DNA of 64,000 nucleotides from Paracoccaceae bacterium (GCA_026989055.1 JALSKC010000003.1:16828-80827), one strand, 5' to 3'. Positions 37,077 to 46,227 are shown, numbered from the stretch's first letter. The notes: a model not told the origin generated them from the letters alone. Translations and numbers: made by a program.

Positions 37077-37697
37077 TCAGCCCGCCCGCTCCAGATCCTC
37101 GATCAACCGCGCGAGATTTCCCCGCCGCCGGTCCAGCATCGCGCCGATCTCGCTCTTTTCCACCTTCAGCAGGCTGATCCCCTCGATCAGCATGTCGAAG
37201 AACAGCCCCCTGCCGCTGACATCGGAAACCATGAAGGTCACGGTGAAGGGCGGCTCGCCGGCCAGGATCGCCGTTGTCGTCACCTCGTAGAACGACTTGA
37301 TCTTCCGCGCCTTCTCGACGATCACCCGACCGCCGATGAATTCGCGAAAACGCTTGCCGTACTTGCGCCCCATATAGGCCTGGAAGGCTCTGGTGAAGGC
37401 CTGCATCTCGGCCCTGCTGGCGCGGCGGGCGGGCGGCCCGAGCACGGTGCGGGCGATCCCGTCCACATAGCCGTAGCGGGCGAATATCTGCTCGAAATCC
37501 CTGTACATTTCCCGCTCCGGCTTGCCCGAAGCGATGATCGCGTTGATATCGGCGACCACCTGATCGACCAGCGCCTTCGCCTCGGCCTCGCTCAGCGCCC
37601 GGGCGGGGGCGGCACCCGCCGCCAGCGCGATCAGGGCGGCGGTCACGCCGATCAGGGCCCGCCGCCGGGCAGGATCATTCGGGGATGAGCTCATCAT
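37077..37697 (-). CDS. mlaC: MlaC/Ttg2D-family periplasmic phospholipid-binding protein
   Basis: Tat-like leader RRRALIGVTAALIALAAG. Toluene-tolerance Ttg2D-like body. Start trimmed to MMSSSP. Confidence 0.7.
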   Translation of the reverse strand: MMSSSPNDPARRRALIGVTAALIALAAGAAPARALSEAEAKALVDQVVADINAIIASGKPEREMYRDFEQIFARYGYVDGIARTVLGPPARRASRAEMQAFTRAFQAYMGRKYGKRFREFIGGRVIVEKARKIKSFYEVTTTAILAGEPPFTVTFMVSDVSGRGLFFDMLIEGISLLKVEKSEIGAMLDRRRGNLARLIEDLERAG

Positions 37698-38427
37698 ACA
37701 GGCCTTCATGCATGTATTCATCTTCCGCCGCCGAGCGGCCCAGTTCGAAGCGCCGGTTCTCCAGATACAGGAGCCGGGCCTGAGCGTAGCTGTCCGCGCT
37801 TTCGTAGAGCACGGAATCGATCGTCGATCTGAAACGGTATCGGTCTCCCAGCTTCGAGGCCACCCCGACGGCCGGCACGAACAGCCGCTGCTCCGCTGCG
37901 AGCAGAAGATTCAGCGGGTCGATGATCACATCGACCACCATGCCCAGGGCATCGCGGGTGGTCGAGGGTCCGACGAAGGGAAGTTCGAGATAGGCTCCCT
38001 CCCCCGCACCCCAGACATGCAGCGTCTCCCCGAAATCGCTGTTGCGCGCGGCCAGCCCGGAGGCCTGGGCCGGGTCGAGCAGGCCGCCCAGGCCGATCGT
38101 CGAATTCACCAGGAACCTGACCGAATTATGCAGCGCGTCCTCAATGTTCAGCTGCAGCAGATCGTTGAGAACCGTTCCGGGCAACGACAGGTTCGCCGCG
38201 AAATTGCCGACCCCCTGGCGCACCGGCTCCGGCAGCAGCGTGCCATAGGCATCGGCCGAGGGGCGGAGCAGGGCGCGATCGACCTCTCTGTTGAAGGCGT
38301 GCACGGCACGGTTCTGTCGCTCGAACGGATCATATGTGCCGCCCGCCGTCTCCGGCCCGGCACAGCCGGCGAGAACGACGGCCAGAAGCAGGAACCGAAC
38401 CCCCCTTGCCGCCCCGACTTCACGCAT
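37675..38427 (-). CDS. mlaA: MlaA/VacJ-family outer-membrane lipoprotein
   Basis: Lipobox LAGCAG, DPFERQNRAVHAFN, NLSLPGTVLNDLLQ and FGETL; VacJ family. Confidence 0.85.
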   Translation of the reverse strand: MREVGAARGVRFLLLAVVLAGCAGPETAGGTYDPFERQNRAVHAFNREVDRALLRPSADAYGTLLPEPVRQGVGNFAANLSLPGTVLNDLLQLNIEDALHNSVRFLVNSTIGLGGLLDPAQASGLAARNSDFGETLHVWGAGEGAYLELPFVGPSTTRDALGMVVDVIIDPLNLLLAAEQRLFVPAVGVASKLGDRYRFRSTIDSVLYESADSYAQARLLYLENRRFELGRSAAEDEYMHEGLYDELIPE

Positions 38428-38497
38428 CCGCCGCTCCCGCATGTCCTACACTCGCCTACCTTTCTCTCACGAACCACCTGAAGTTGCAAAATATCCC

Positions 38498-38530
38498 GTT
38501 AACCATGCGGAAGCGATTCTCATGGTTAAC
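38498..38530. promoter_or_regulatory. perfect inverted repeat GTTAACCATG-N13-CATGGTTAAC (each arm contains the CtrA 8-mer TTAACCAT)
   Basis: Read directly, 92 nt upstream of the T1SS ABC start, in the mlaA/T1SS divergent region. Confidence 0.45.
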
Positions 38531-38621
38531 TGCCGGAAGTCATCTTCTCAAGGGCGGTTGGCCGCCCGCAACGGCCGGATCATTCGACGTGAGCGCGCAT
38601 ATCACGCCCGACACCTCCGAC

Positions 38622-40337
38622 ATGCCGGCAGCAGCCACCCCGGGACAGCTGCTGCTGGCCCAGCGGCGGCTGCTCGTGGTGATCCTCCTGTTCGGCGCGG
38701 CGGTCAACCTGCTGGCCCTGTCGGCCCCGCTGTTCGCCCTGCAGGTGTTCGACCGCGTTCTGGGAAGCCGGTCGGTGGAAACCCTGATCGCGCTGAGCCT
38801 GCTGGTGATGTTCCTGCTCGCGGCGATGACGGTGCTCGACCATCTGCGCAGGCGCATCGCCGCCCGGGTCGCCGAGCGAATCGGCTCGGGGCTCGCCGCG
38901 ACGCTGGAAACGCCCCCGCGGGAAACGCTCCTCCCGGGAACACTGCCGGCGCTGATCCAGGATGCGGACGACCTGCGTCGCTTCCTGGCCTCTCCTGTCT
39001 CTGTCGCGCTGCTCGATCTGCCCTGGATCCCGATTTTCGTGGTCGCGACGGCGGCTCTGCACCCCGCGCTCGGGTTGCTCGCCGCCGCCGGCGGGGTCGC
39101 CTTTGCCCTGCCGGGACTCGCCCTCTTCCTCGGCCTGGCCGAACCGTCGCCGACACCGCGTGCCACCGCCCACGCCGCAGAAACGCTGCGCGACCCGGAC
39201 CTGACCTTCAGCCTCGGAGGGCCGGCCCGGGTGCTGGAGCGCTGGCGGCAGGAAGGCCTGCCCGAACGGCGCCGCCTGCTCCGGCAGGGAGACGGACAGG
39301 CGCTGCTCACCTCCCTCTCGCAGTGGGTGCGCGCCTGGCTTCAATCGGCGGTCGTGGCGCTGGCGGCCTATCTCGTCCTGCGCGAACAGATGAGCGCGGG
39401 CGCCATAATCGCCGCAACGGTGCTCCTGGCACGGGCGCTGGGGCCGCTCGAGATGCTCGTGCAGAACGCCCCCCTGATCAGGGCGCGAGGCGCCGCCTGG
39501 AAACGGCTTCACGCCTTCGCCAGGCACTCGGCCGAATGCGGGCCGCCGCCGGGGAGGACACTCCCCGCAGCGGCATCGCCGGCCGGCGCGCCGGTCTGCG
39601 CCGAACGCGTGACCGTCTTTCCCGCCGGCAGCAGGAAGGCCGCGCTCAGGATGATCTGCTTTCAACTGGAGCCAGGGCAGAAGATGGCCGTGACGGGCCC
39701 CTCCGGCGCCGGAAAGACAACGCTCGCGCGGGCCCTGTGCGGAATGCTTCCGGTGGCCGGCGGCCGGCTGAGCATCGCCGGAATCCCGGCCGATGTCGCC
39801 CGCCGGGAAGGGCTGCTGCGCATCGGATACCTGCCACAATCGCCCCGCTTTCCGCACGCCACGATAGAAGCCTTCATCGCCGGCCCGGAAACCTCCCCAG
39901 CGCCGGCCCGGATCAGATCTAGCGCGGCCCGGGTCGGCGCCGATGAGGAGATCAGCGCCCTGCCGGCGGGATATGCCACAAGGCTTGACCCTGCCGGCAA
40001 CGGACTGCCCGGCGGGCTGCTGCAGAAAATCGCCCTTGCCCGCGCGATTCATGCCGCCCCGGAACTCCTGGTGCTCGACGAACCGGCAAACAACCTGGAC
40101 GCGGCGGCGCGACAAACCCTTTCCCGGCTGATCGAAGAAAGTTCCCGACAGGGAACCTCGGTAGTCATCCTGACCCAGAGTCCGGATCTGGCGCGGCAGT
40201 CTGGCCCGGATCTCCTCCTGCAACTGGAAGAAGGACTGATGCGGCCAGCTTCTCCACCCTTCGCGGGGCAACGGCGGGCAATGCCGGCCGATGCCGGCCC
40301 GCCGGCCCCGCTCTGGCATCAGAGACCGGCATCATGA
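38622..40337 (+). CDS. type I secretion system permease/ATPase (PrtD/HlyB-like, no peptidase domain), degenerate NBD motifs
   Basis: N-terminal 6-TM domain. Walker A GPSGAGKTT and Walker B LLVLDEP are present; the signature reads LPGGL rather than LSGGQ, and the H-loop position reads LTQS rather than (I/V)AH(R). The track ORF was trimmed to the ATG at 38622. Confidence 0.8.
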   Translation: MPAAATPGQLLLAQRRLLVVILLFGAAVNLLALSAPLFALQVFDRVLGSRSVETLIALSLLVMFLLAAMTVLDHLRRRIAARVAERIGSGLAATLETPPRETLLPGTLPALIQDADDLRRFLASPVSVALLDLPWIPIFVVATAALHPALGLLAAAGGVAFALPGLALFLGLAEPSPTPRATAHAAETLRDPDLTFSLGGPARVLERWRQEGLPERRRLLRQGDGQALLTSLSQWVRAWLQSAVVALAAYLVLREQMSAGAIIAATVLLARALGPLEMLVQNAPLIRARGAAWKRLHAFARHSAECGPPPGRTLPAAASPAGAPVCAERVTVFPAGSRKAALRMICFQLEPGQKMAVTGPSGAGKTTLARALCGMLPVAGGRLSIAGIPADVARREGLLRIGYLPQSPRFPHATIEAFIAGPETSPAPARIRSSAARVGADEEISALPAGYATRLDPAGNGLPGGLLQKIALARAIHAAPELLVLDEPANNLDAAARQTLSRLIEESSRQGTSVVILTQSPDLARQSGPDLLLQLEEGLMRPASPPFAGQRRAMPADAGPPAPLWHQRPAS

Positions 40338-41677
40338 GCAGGACCCCGCCCGAGGATACCCGCACGACGGAACCGGCGTGGTCTCCGCGAAAGCACGTCA
40401 TCGCCGGATTCGCGACCCTGGCCCTGGTCTTCGGCGGCTTCGGTTCCTGGGCCGCCTTTGCTGATCTGTCCGGCGCGGTCGTGGCCCGCGGCCAGGTCGA
40501 ACCCGCGGCAGCGACGGTCACGGTCCGCCACCCGGAGGGGGGAACGGTCCGCGAGCTGTTCGTCTCCGAAGGTGAGCGCATTGCGGTCGGCGCGCCGCTT
40601 CTCGCCTTCGACGATACGGCGGTGGAACAGGAGCTGTCGGCGCTGGCACTCAGGATCTTCGAGATCCGCATCCGCCTCGCCCGCCTGCGTGCCGAACGCG
40701 ACGGCGCTCCGGTGCTCTCCCTGAACGCGGCGCTGGAACAGGAAGCCCGCGATGATCCGCAGCGCCAGGCCATCATCGACGGGCAACGCGCCCTGCTCGG
40801 CACACGCGCCCGCGCCTGGCAGCAGGAGGCCGACGCCTGGAAGCGCAAGGGGGCGCAGATCGCGGCCCGCGCCGCCGGGCTGGAAGCCCAGCTGCGCGCG
40901 CTGGAGCGGACGGCGGAGCTGGCCCTGGCCGCTCTGGAAGATCGGCGCTCCCTGGCAGAGCGCGGCCTGGCCACTGCGGAAAGCGTGGCCGCGATGCAAC
41001 GTGATATGATCGGCCTGCAGGGGAAGATTGGAGCGCTTGAAGCCAGTATCGCCGAAACGCGGCTGCAGCTCGCCCAGTCCGAACTGGACCGGCTGCGCGC
41101 CGCAACCGCCCGGCGAGAGGAAGCGCAGGATCGAATGCGCGACCTCGAATTCCGCCTGCGCGACCTTGAGGCCGAACGTTCGGCCCTTCTCGAGCGCCTC
41201 AGGGGGCTCGTTCTGCGGGCACCGCAGGGCGGGGTCGTGCTCGGCCTGCTTCCTGTCGTTCCGGGCAGCGTGATCGCTCCCCGGACGGCGGTGATGCAGA
41301 TCGTCCCGCTGGGGCAGCCGGATCGCGTCAGCCTGCGGATACGGCCTTCCGATGTGCACCGCCTGCACCCCGGGCAGGCGGTGCGGGTTCGGCTGCGCGT
41401 TTCCGACCGCCCGGAACCGCTCGATCTTGACGCCCGGCTGGTGCGCATTTCCGCGACGACGCTGGACGATCCGCGCAGCGGCCAGGGCTATTACCAGGCG
41501 GAAATATCCCTTTCGGAAACGCGCGCCTCCCCCCCTCCCGGCGGAAGGAACACGGCCCCGCAGATACTGCCGGGAACGCCGGTCAAGGTTTTCATCGCGA
41601 CCGGCCGACAACCCGTCTGGGTCTATCTTGCCGATCCGTTCATGCGCTACCTCTCGCGGGCAATGCGGGAAGGCTGA
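40334..41677 (+). CDS. HlyD-family type I secretion membrane fusion protein
   Basis: 447 aa with an N-terminal TM helix, lipoyl-like region (VRELFVSEGERIAVGAPLL), long coiled coil, and C-terminal ILPGTPVKVFI. ATGA overlap with the ABC gene. Confidence 0.85.
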   Translation: MSRTPPEDTRTTEPAWSPRKHVIAGFATLALVFGGFGSWAAFADLSGAVVARGQVEPAAATVTVRHPEGGTVRELFVSEGERIAVGAPLLAFDDTAVEQELSALALRIFEIRIRLARLRAERDGAPVLSLNAALEQEARDDPQRQAIIDGQRALLGTRARAWQQEADAWKRKGAQIAARAAGLEAQLRALERTAELALAALEDRRSLAERGLATAESVAAMQRDMIGLQGKIGALEASIAETRLQLAQSELDRLRAATARREEAQDRMRDLEFRLRDLEAERSALLERLRGLVLRAPQGGVVLGLLPVVPGSVIAPRTAVMQIVPLGQPDRVSLRIRPSDVHRLHPGQAVRVRLRVSDRPEPLDLDARLVRISATTLDDPRSGQGYYQAEISLSETRASPPPGGRNTAPQILPGTPVKVFIATGRQPVWVYLADPFMRYLSRAMREG

Positions 41678-41741
41678 CAGCCGGCCCGATTTCCGGTTTC
41701 CTGCTGCGCAATTCCCCGCTAGCGTCTCGACAGGAACCAGC

Positions 41742-42218
41742 ATGGAGGGAAACATGGGCGCTGGAGTCGAGAAGAAACTCGCCAGGATGGGGATCCGGCT
41801 GCCGGATGCACCGGCGCCGGCGGCAAATTACGTGCCCTTTGTCCGGATCGGAAATGTCGTGCATGTTTCCGGGCAGATCCCGATGACAGAGGACGGCATG
41901 GTCTGCGGCAAGCTGGGCGCCGGGATGTCTCTCGTGGAAGGCATGGCGGCGGCACGGCTCTGCGCGATCGGGCTTCTCGCCCAGATCAAGGCCGCTTGCG
42001 GAGGCGATCTGGACCGCCTTGTCCGGGTCGTCAAGCTGACCGGATTCGTGAACTCGGCGCCGGATTTCACCGATCATCCGAAAGTCATCAACGGTGCGTC
42101 GGATTTCCTGGTCGAGGTTCTCGGAGATGCCGGCAGGCACGCCCGCTCGGCTGTCGGCGCGGCGGCCCTGCCGCTGGGCGTGGCGGTGGAAATCGAGGGA
42201 ATCTTCCAGATCGAATAA
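41742..42218 (+). CDS. RidA/YjgF-family protein
   Basis: NYVPFVRIGNVVHVSGQIP...ARSAVGAAALPLGVAVEIEGIFQI; typical RidA fold family. Confidence 0.85.
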   Translation: MEGNMGAGVEKKLARMGIRLPDAPAPAANYVPFVRIGNVVHVSGQIPMTEDGMVCGKLGAGMSLVEGMAAARLCAIGLLAQIKAACGGDLDRLVRVVKLTGFVNSAPDFTDHPKVINGASDFLVEVLGDAGRHARSAVGAAALPLGVAVEIEGIFQIE

Positions 42219-42997
42219 TGATGCGTCTTCCCCCCCAGTTCCTGTGCCGGCCGATCGCGCATCGCGGCTATCACGATGATCGTGCCGGGCGACCGGAAAA
42301 CTCGCTTGCCGCAGTGCGGGCGGCGGTTGCCCGGGGGTATGGGGTGGAACTCGATGTGCAGCTGTCGCGCGACGGGCGGGCGATGGTCTTTCATGATTAC
42401 CACCTGTCCCGGCTTACCGGCTGCCAAGGCACGGTCCGCCAGACGGATGCACAGGTGCTCTCCGGCACCGTTCTCGGTGCCAGCGCGGAAACGATCCCGA
42501 CCCTGGCGCAGGCGCTCGAGGCAATCGCGGGGCGGGTGCCCATCCTGATCGAGATCAAGGATCAGGACGGAGCGCTCGGCCCGTCGGTAGGGCCGCTGGA
42601 GCGGGCGGTGGCCGACGCGCTTGCAGGCTATGGCGGAGATGTCGCGGTGATGTCCTTCAATCCGCACTCGGTGGCAGCGATGCGCACCCTTGCGCCGACC
42701 GTTCCTCGTGGCCTCGCGACCGAGCGTTTCACCGGAAACGAGTGGCGACTTGTCCCGGAAGAACGGCGGGCGGCGCTGCGGGAGATCCCCGACTTCGACG
42801 CCATCGGCGCGGGGTTCGTGTCGCATCGGCTCCAGGACCTGCCGGATCCGCGTGTGCGCGAGCTTCGCCGGCGCGGCTGGCCCGTCCTGTGCTGGACGGT
42901 GCGCAGCCGGCGGCAGGAACGGATCGCTCGGCAGCATGCGGACAACATCACCTTCGAAGGCTATGCTGCCGAGCCCCGTGTCGCGCCGGCTCCATGA
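42218..42997 (+). CDS. glycerophosphodiester phosphodiesterase family protein
   Basis: IAHRG...ENSL...ELDVQLSRDGRAMVFHD; GDPD catalytic motifs. TAATG overlap with the ridA stop. Confidence 0.85.
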   Translation: MMRLPPQFLCRPIAHRGYHDDRAGRPENSLAAVRAAVARGYGVELDVQLSRDGRAMVFHDYHLSRLTGCQGTVRQTDAQVLSGTVLGASAETIPTLAQALEAIAGRVPILIEIKDQDGALGPSVGPLERAVADALAGYGGDVAVMSFNPHSVAAMRTLAPTVPRGLATERFTGNEWRLVPEERRAALREIPDFDAIGAGFVSHRLQDLPDPRVRELRRRGWPVLCWTVRSRRQERIARQHADNITFEGYAAEPRVAPAP

Positions 42998-43012
42998 GAC
43001 CGGAGCGAGGCA

Positions 43013-44185
43013 ATGAGCGACAGGAGATTCACCTTCACGGTTCACGACTCCATCGGCGAGATCGACCCGGCGCAGTGGGATGGCTGCGCCTGCCCGGAAA
43101 CGGCTGACGGCGGGCGCCCGTTCGACCCGTTCACCACCCATCGGTTCCTGTCGGCGCTGGAGCGCTCGCAGTCTGTCGGCCCGGGAACCGGATGGATACC
43201 GCGGCCGGTGAGCGTTTCGGAAAACGGGCGGATCGTCGGCGTTGCCCCGCTCTATCTCAAGAGCCACAGCCAAGGCGAATACGTGTTCGACCATGCCTGG
43301 GCACGGGCCCTGGAGCAGGCCGGCGGGCGCTACTACCCGAAGCTCCAGATCGCGGTGCCCTTCACCCCCGTCACCGGGCGGCGCCTGCTGATGCGGCCCG
43401 ATGCGGGAGATGCCGCCAGGGCGGCCCTGCTGCGCGGCGCCGTCGAACTGGCCGAGCGAAGCCGCCTGTCCTCGCTGCATGTCACCTTCTGCACCGGGGA
43501 AGAGGCAACCCTGGGCAGCCGGCTCGGGCTGCTGCCCCGGATCGGCCAGCAGTTTCACTGGACAAACGAGGGATATGCCGACTTCGAGGATTTTCTGGCG
43601 GCCCTCTCCGCGCGCAAGCGCAAGGCGATCCGCCGCGAACGGCGCACGGCCCGCGCCTTCGGCGGCGAGATCGTGATGCTGACAGGTGCGGACATCGCCC
43701 CGCGCCACTGGGATGCCTTCTGGAAATTCTACCAGGACACCGGCGCGCGCAAGTGGGGAACCCCCTATCTGACGCGCGAATTCTTCGACATCCTGCACCA
43801 GGAGATGCGCGACCTCACCCTGCTGACCCTGGCGGTCCGTGACGACACACCGGTTGCCGGTGCGTTGCACCTGATCGGGCGCGATACGCTTTTCGGGCGC
43901 TACTGGGGGCGCACCGAACATCATCCGTTCCTGCATTTCGAGCTCTGCTACTATCGCGCCATCGAACATGCGATCGCGGAGGGTTTCCGCAGGATCGAGG
44001 CCGGAGCACAGGGGGCGCACAAGATCGCGCGGGGCTATCTTCCGGTGGAGACCCGCTCGCTGCACTGGATCCGGGAACCGGCCTTCCGGGACGCGATCTC
44101 CCGCTTCCTGGACGAGGAAACCCGGGCCGTGCTCGACGAGGCCGCCTGGCTTGCCGGGCTGGGGCCGTTCCGGCACGGCGGGTAG
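43013..44185 (+). CDS. DUF482 / FemAB-like GNAT-fold protein
   Basis: 390 aa: PLYLKSHSQGEYVFDH, YYPKLQIAVPFTPVTG, FHWTNEGY, RKRKAIRRER; matches the conserved DUF482 family. Confidence 0.75.
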   Translation: MSDRRFTFTVHDSIGEIDPAQWDGCACPETADGGRPFDPFTTHRFLSALERSQSVGPGTGWIPRPVSVSENGRIVGVAPLYLKSHSQGEYVFDHAWARALEQAGGRYYPKLQIAVPFTPVTGRRLLMRPDAGDAARAALLRGAVELAERSRLSSLHVTFCTGEEATLGSRLGLLPRIGQQFHWTNEGYADFEDFLAALSARKRKAIRRERRTARAFGGEIVMLTGADIAPRHWDAFWKFYQDTGARKWGTPYLTREFFDILHQEMRDLTLLTLAVRDDTPVAGALHLIGRDTLFGRYWGRTEHHPFLHFELCYYRAIEHAIAEGFRRIEAGAQGAHKIARGYLPVETRSLHWIREPAFRDAISRFLDEETRAVLDEAAWLAGLGPFRHGG

Positions 44186-44193
44186 CCCCAGGC

Positions 44194-44289
44194 GCACGGG
44201 GGTGCACGGGGGTGCATGCGCCCGATACGTCAGGCCGGGGAAAGCACCGGGAAGGGGGCAAACGGGGGCTGCAAACGGGGGCAAACAGG
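44194..44289 (+). repeat. G-run-rich short tandem repeats (GCACGGGGGT x2.3; GCAAACGGGG(GCT) x3)
   Basis: Read directly. At least six runs of G3-G5 within about 100 nt on the plus strand, in intergenic DNA. Confidence 0.8.
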
Positions 44290-44370
44290 CTCGTGATCCG
44301 ACCGGAGCAAATGCGCGATTGTCCCCGCCCGGCGGCTGCGTTTAGTCTTGCCCGGAAAAGGAGGTGACTG

Positions 44371-45582
44371 ATGAGTCATGTCATCGTGATCGGCGCCGGA
44401 CAGGCCGGGCAATCGCTGGTTTCCAGGCTGCGCGCGCGCGGCTTCGAGGGCGCGATCACCCTGATCGGCGACGAACCCGTGCTCCCCTACCAGCGCCCCC
44501 CGTTGTCGAAGAAGTATCTGCTGGGAGAAATGGATCTCGAACGGCTGTTCCTGCGGCCGGCGCAGTTCTATGCCGACCACGAGATCGCCTTGCGCCTCGG
44601 AACCCCCGTCCGCTCCATCGACCCCGCCTCCAGAACCCTCGTTCTCGGAGAGGAAAGGCTTTCCTACGATCAGCTCGCGCTGACCACGGGCGCGCTGGCG
44701 CTGCACCTGCCGGCCACGATCGGCGGGCAGCTGGGCGGCATATACACAATGCGCAGCCTGGCCGATGCCGATGCTCTGGCGCAGGAGATCGCCCCGGGGC
44801 GGCGGGTGCTGATCGTCGGGGGCGGCTATATCGGACTGGAGGCAGCCGCGGTGGCTGCCTGCAGGGGGCTGCGGGTAACACTCGTCGAAATGGCCGAGCG
44901 GATCCTGCAGCGGGTAGCCAGCCCGGAGACCGCCGCCTTCATCCGCGCCATCCACCGGCGCGAAGGCGTCGATATCCGGGAAGGGGTGAGGCTTGAAGGC
45001 CTGGCCGGCAAGTCCAGGGTCAGCCGCGCCACCCTGTCCGACGGCACCGAACTGGAGGTCGATTTCGTGATCGTCGGAATCGGCATCAGGCCCGATGTCC
45101 GCCTGGCCGAGGCCGCCGGGCTCGCTCTGGAAAACGGTATCCGGGTGGATGCCTTCGGGCGCACATCGGACCCGGCGATCTGGGCGGCTGGCGACTGCGC
45201 TTCCTTTCCCTGGCGCGGGTGGCGCATTCGGCTGGAAAGCGTAGGCAACGCGATCGACATGGCGGAAACGGTTGCCGACAACATGCTGGGTTCTGGCACT
45301 CCTTATGAGGCGCGGCCCTGGTTCTGGTCAGACCAGTTCGACATGAAACTTCAGATTGCAGGGCTGAATTCCGGCTACGACCGGGTCGTGAACCGCCCCG
45401 GCGCCGGCACCGACAGCGCATCCTTCTGGTATTTTCGCGGGACCGAGCTCCTGGCGGTTGACGCGATCAACGAGCCGCGTGCCTACATGGTCGGCAAGCG
45501 ACTGATCGAGGCCGGAAAATCGCCGGACCCTGACGATATCGCCAGGCCCGGATACGACCTGAAGCTGCTGCTGCGGGGCTGA
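44371..45582 (+). CDS. FAD-dependent pyridine nucleotide-disulfide oxidoreductase (ferredoxin/rubredoxin reductase-like)
   Basis: VIVIGAGQAG and VLIVGGGYIGLEAA dinucleotide folds. C-terminal reductase dimerisation domain. Confidence 0.85.
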   Translation: MSHVIVIGAGQAGQSLVSRLRARGFEGAITLIGDEPVLPYQRPPLSKKYLLGEMDLERLFLRPAQFYADHEIALRLGTPVRSIDPASRTLVLGEERLSYDQLALTTGALALHLPATIGGQLGGIYTMRSLADADALAQEIAPGRRVLIVGGGYIGLEAAAVAACRGLRVTLVEMAERILQRVASPETAAFIRAIHRREGVDIREGVRLEGLAGKSRVSRATLSDGTELEVDFVIVGIGIRPDVRLAEAAGLALENGIRVDAFGRTSDPAIWAAGDCASFPWRGWRIRLESVGNAIDMAETVADNMLGSGTPYEARPWFWSDQFDMKLQIAGLNSGYDRVVNRPGAGTDSASFWYFRGTELLAVDAINEPRAYMVGKRLIEAGKSPDPDDIARPGYDLKLLLRG

Positions 45583-46154
45583 TGCGGATCATCGCCGGAA
45601 AGTGGCGCGGCCGCCGGCTGAGCCCCCTGGGCGGGGGTGATGCGCCAGCACGCCTGCGCCCCACGGCCGACAGGGTGCGCGAAAGCCTGTTCAACATGCT
45701 CGTCGGAGGCGCCTTCGGAGGGCCGCTCATCGGCGCGCGGGTGCTCGACCTGTTCGCCGGAACCGGCGCGCTGGGCCTTGAAGCGCTGTCGCGCGGGGCC
45801 TCATGGGTGACCCTTGTCGATGACGGGCGCACGGCGCAGAATCTCCTGCGCCGGAACGTGGCCCTGCTCGGAGCCGCAACCGAAACCGGGATTCTGAGAC
45901 GCGATGCAACCCGGCTCGGAACGAACCCGTATGCTCCCCATGATCTCGTCTTTCTCGACCCGCCCTATGGCCGGGGCCTGGGCGAGAAGGCGCTCGACGC
46001 GGCCCGGGCGGGCGGCTGGCTGGCGCCGGATGCGCTCGTCGTGTTCGAGGAACGCCATCCGGTGGCTCCGGCCGGCTTCGCGCTTCTGGCGGAACGCCGC
46101 CACGGCGGCACCTGCATCTCCTTTCTCTCCCCGAACGACGACAGCTTTTCCTGA
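45582..46154 (+). CDS. rsmD: 16S rRNA (guanine966-N2)-methyltransferase
   Basis: MRIIAGKWRGRRL, RPTADRVRESLFN, LDLFAGTGALGLEALSRGA and FLDPPY. Confidence 0.9.
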   Translation: MRIIAGKWRGRRLSPLGGGDAPARLRPTADRVRESLFNMLVGGAFGGPLIGARVLDLFAGTGALGLEALSRGASWVTLVDDGRTAQNLLRRNVALLGAATETGILRRDATRLGTNPYAPHDLVFLDPPYGRGLGEKALDAARAGGWLAPDALVVFEERHPVAPAGFALLAERRHGGTCISFLSPNDDSFS

Positions 46155-46227
46155 TCGGAGATGCACCGGCTCTTTCCGCATGCCGGTTGAGCGCCACATC
46201 GGCCGGAGCACGGCGGTTGCCGGCAGG

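Noticed and set aside
42074-44284. 736-aa minus-strand ORF, and similar long antisense ORFs (for example 179-1501 +, 1501-2898 +, 6348-7826 -, 8137-9465 -, 25659-27755 -, 26030-28795 +, 47534-49276 +)
   Set aside because: All lie opposite or out of frame to genes with clear family signatures. They have low-complexity R/A/G/P composition and no motifs, and are GC-driven open frames.
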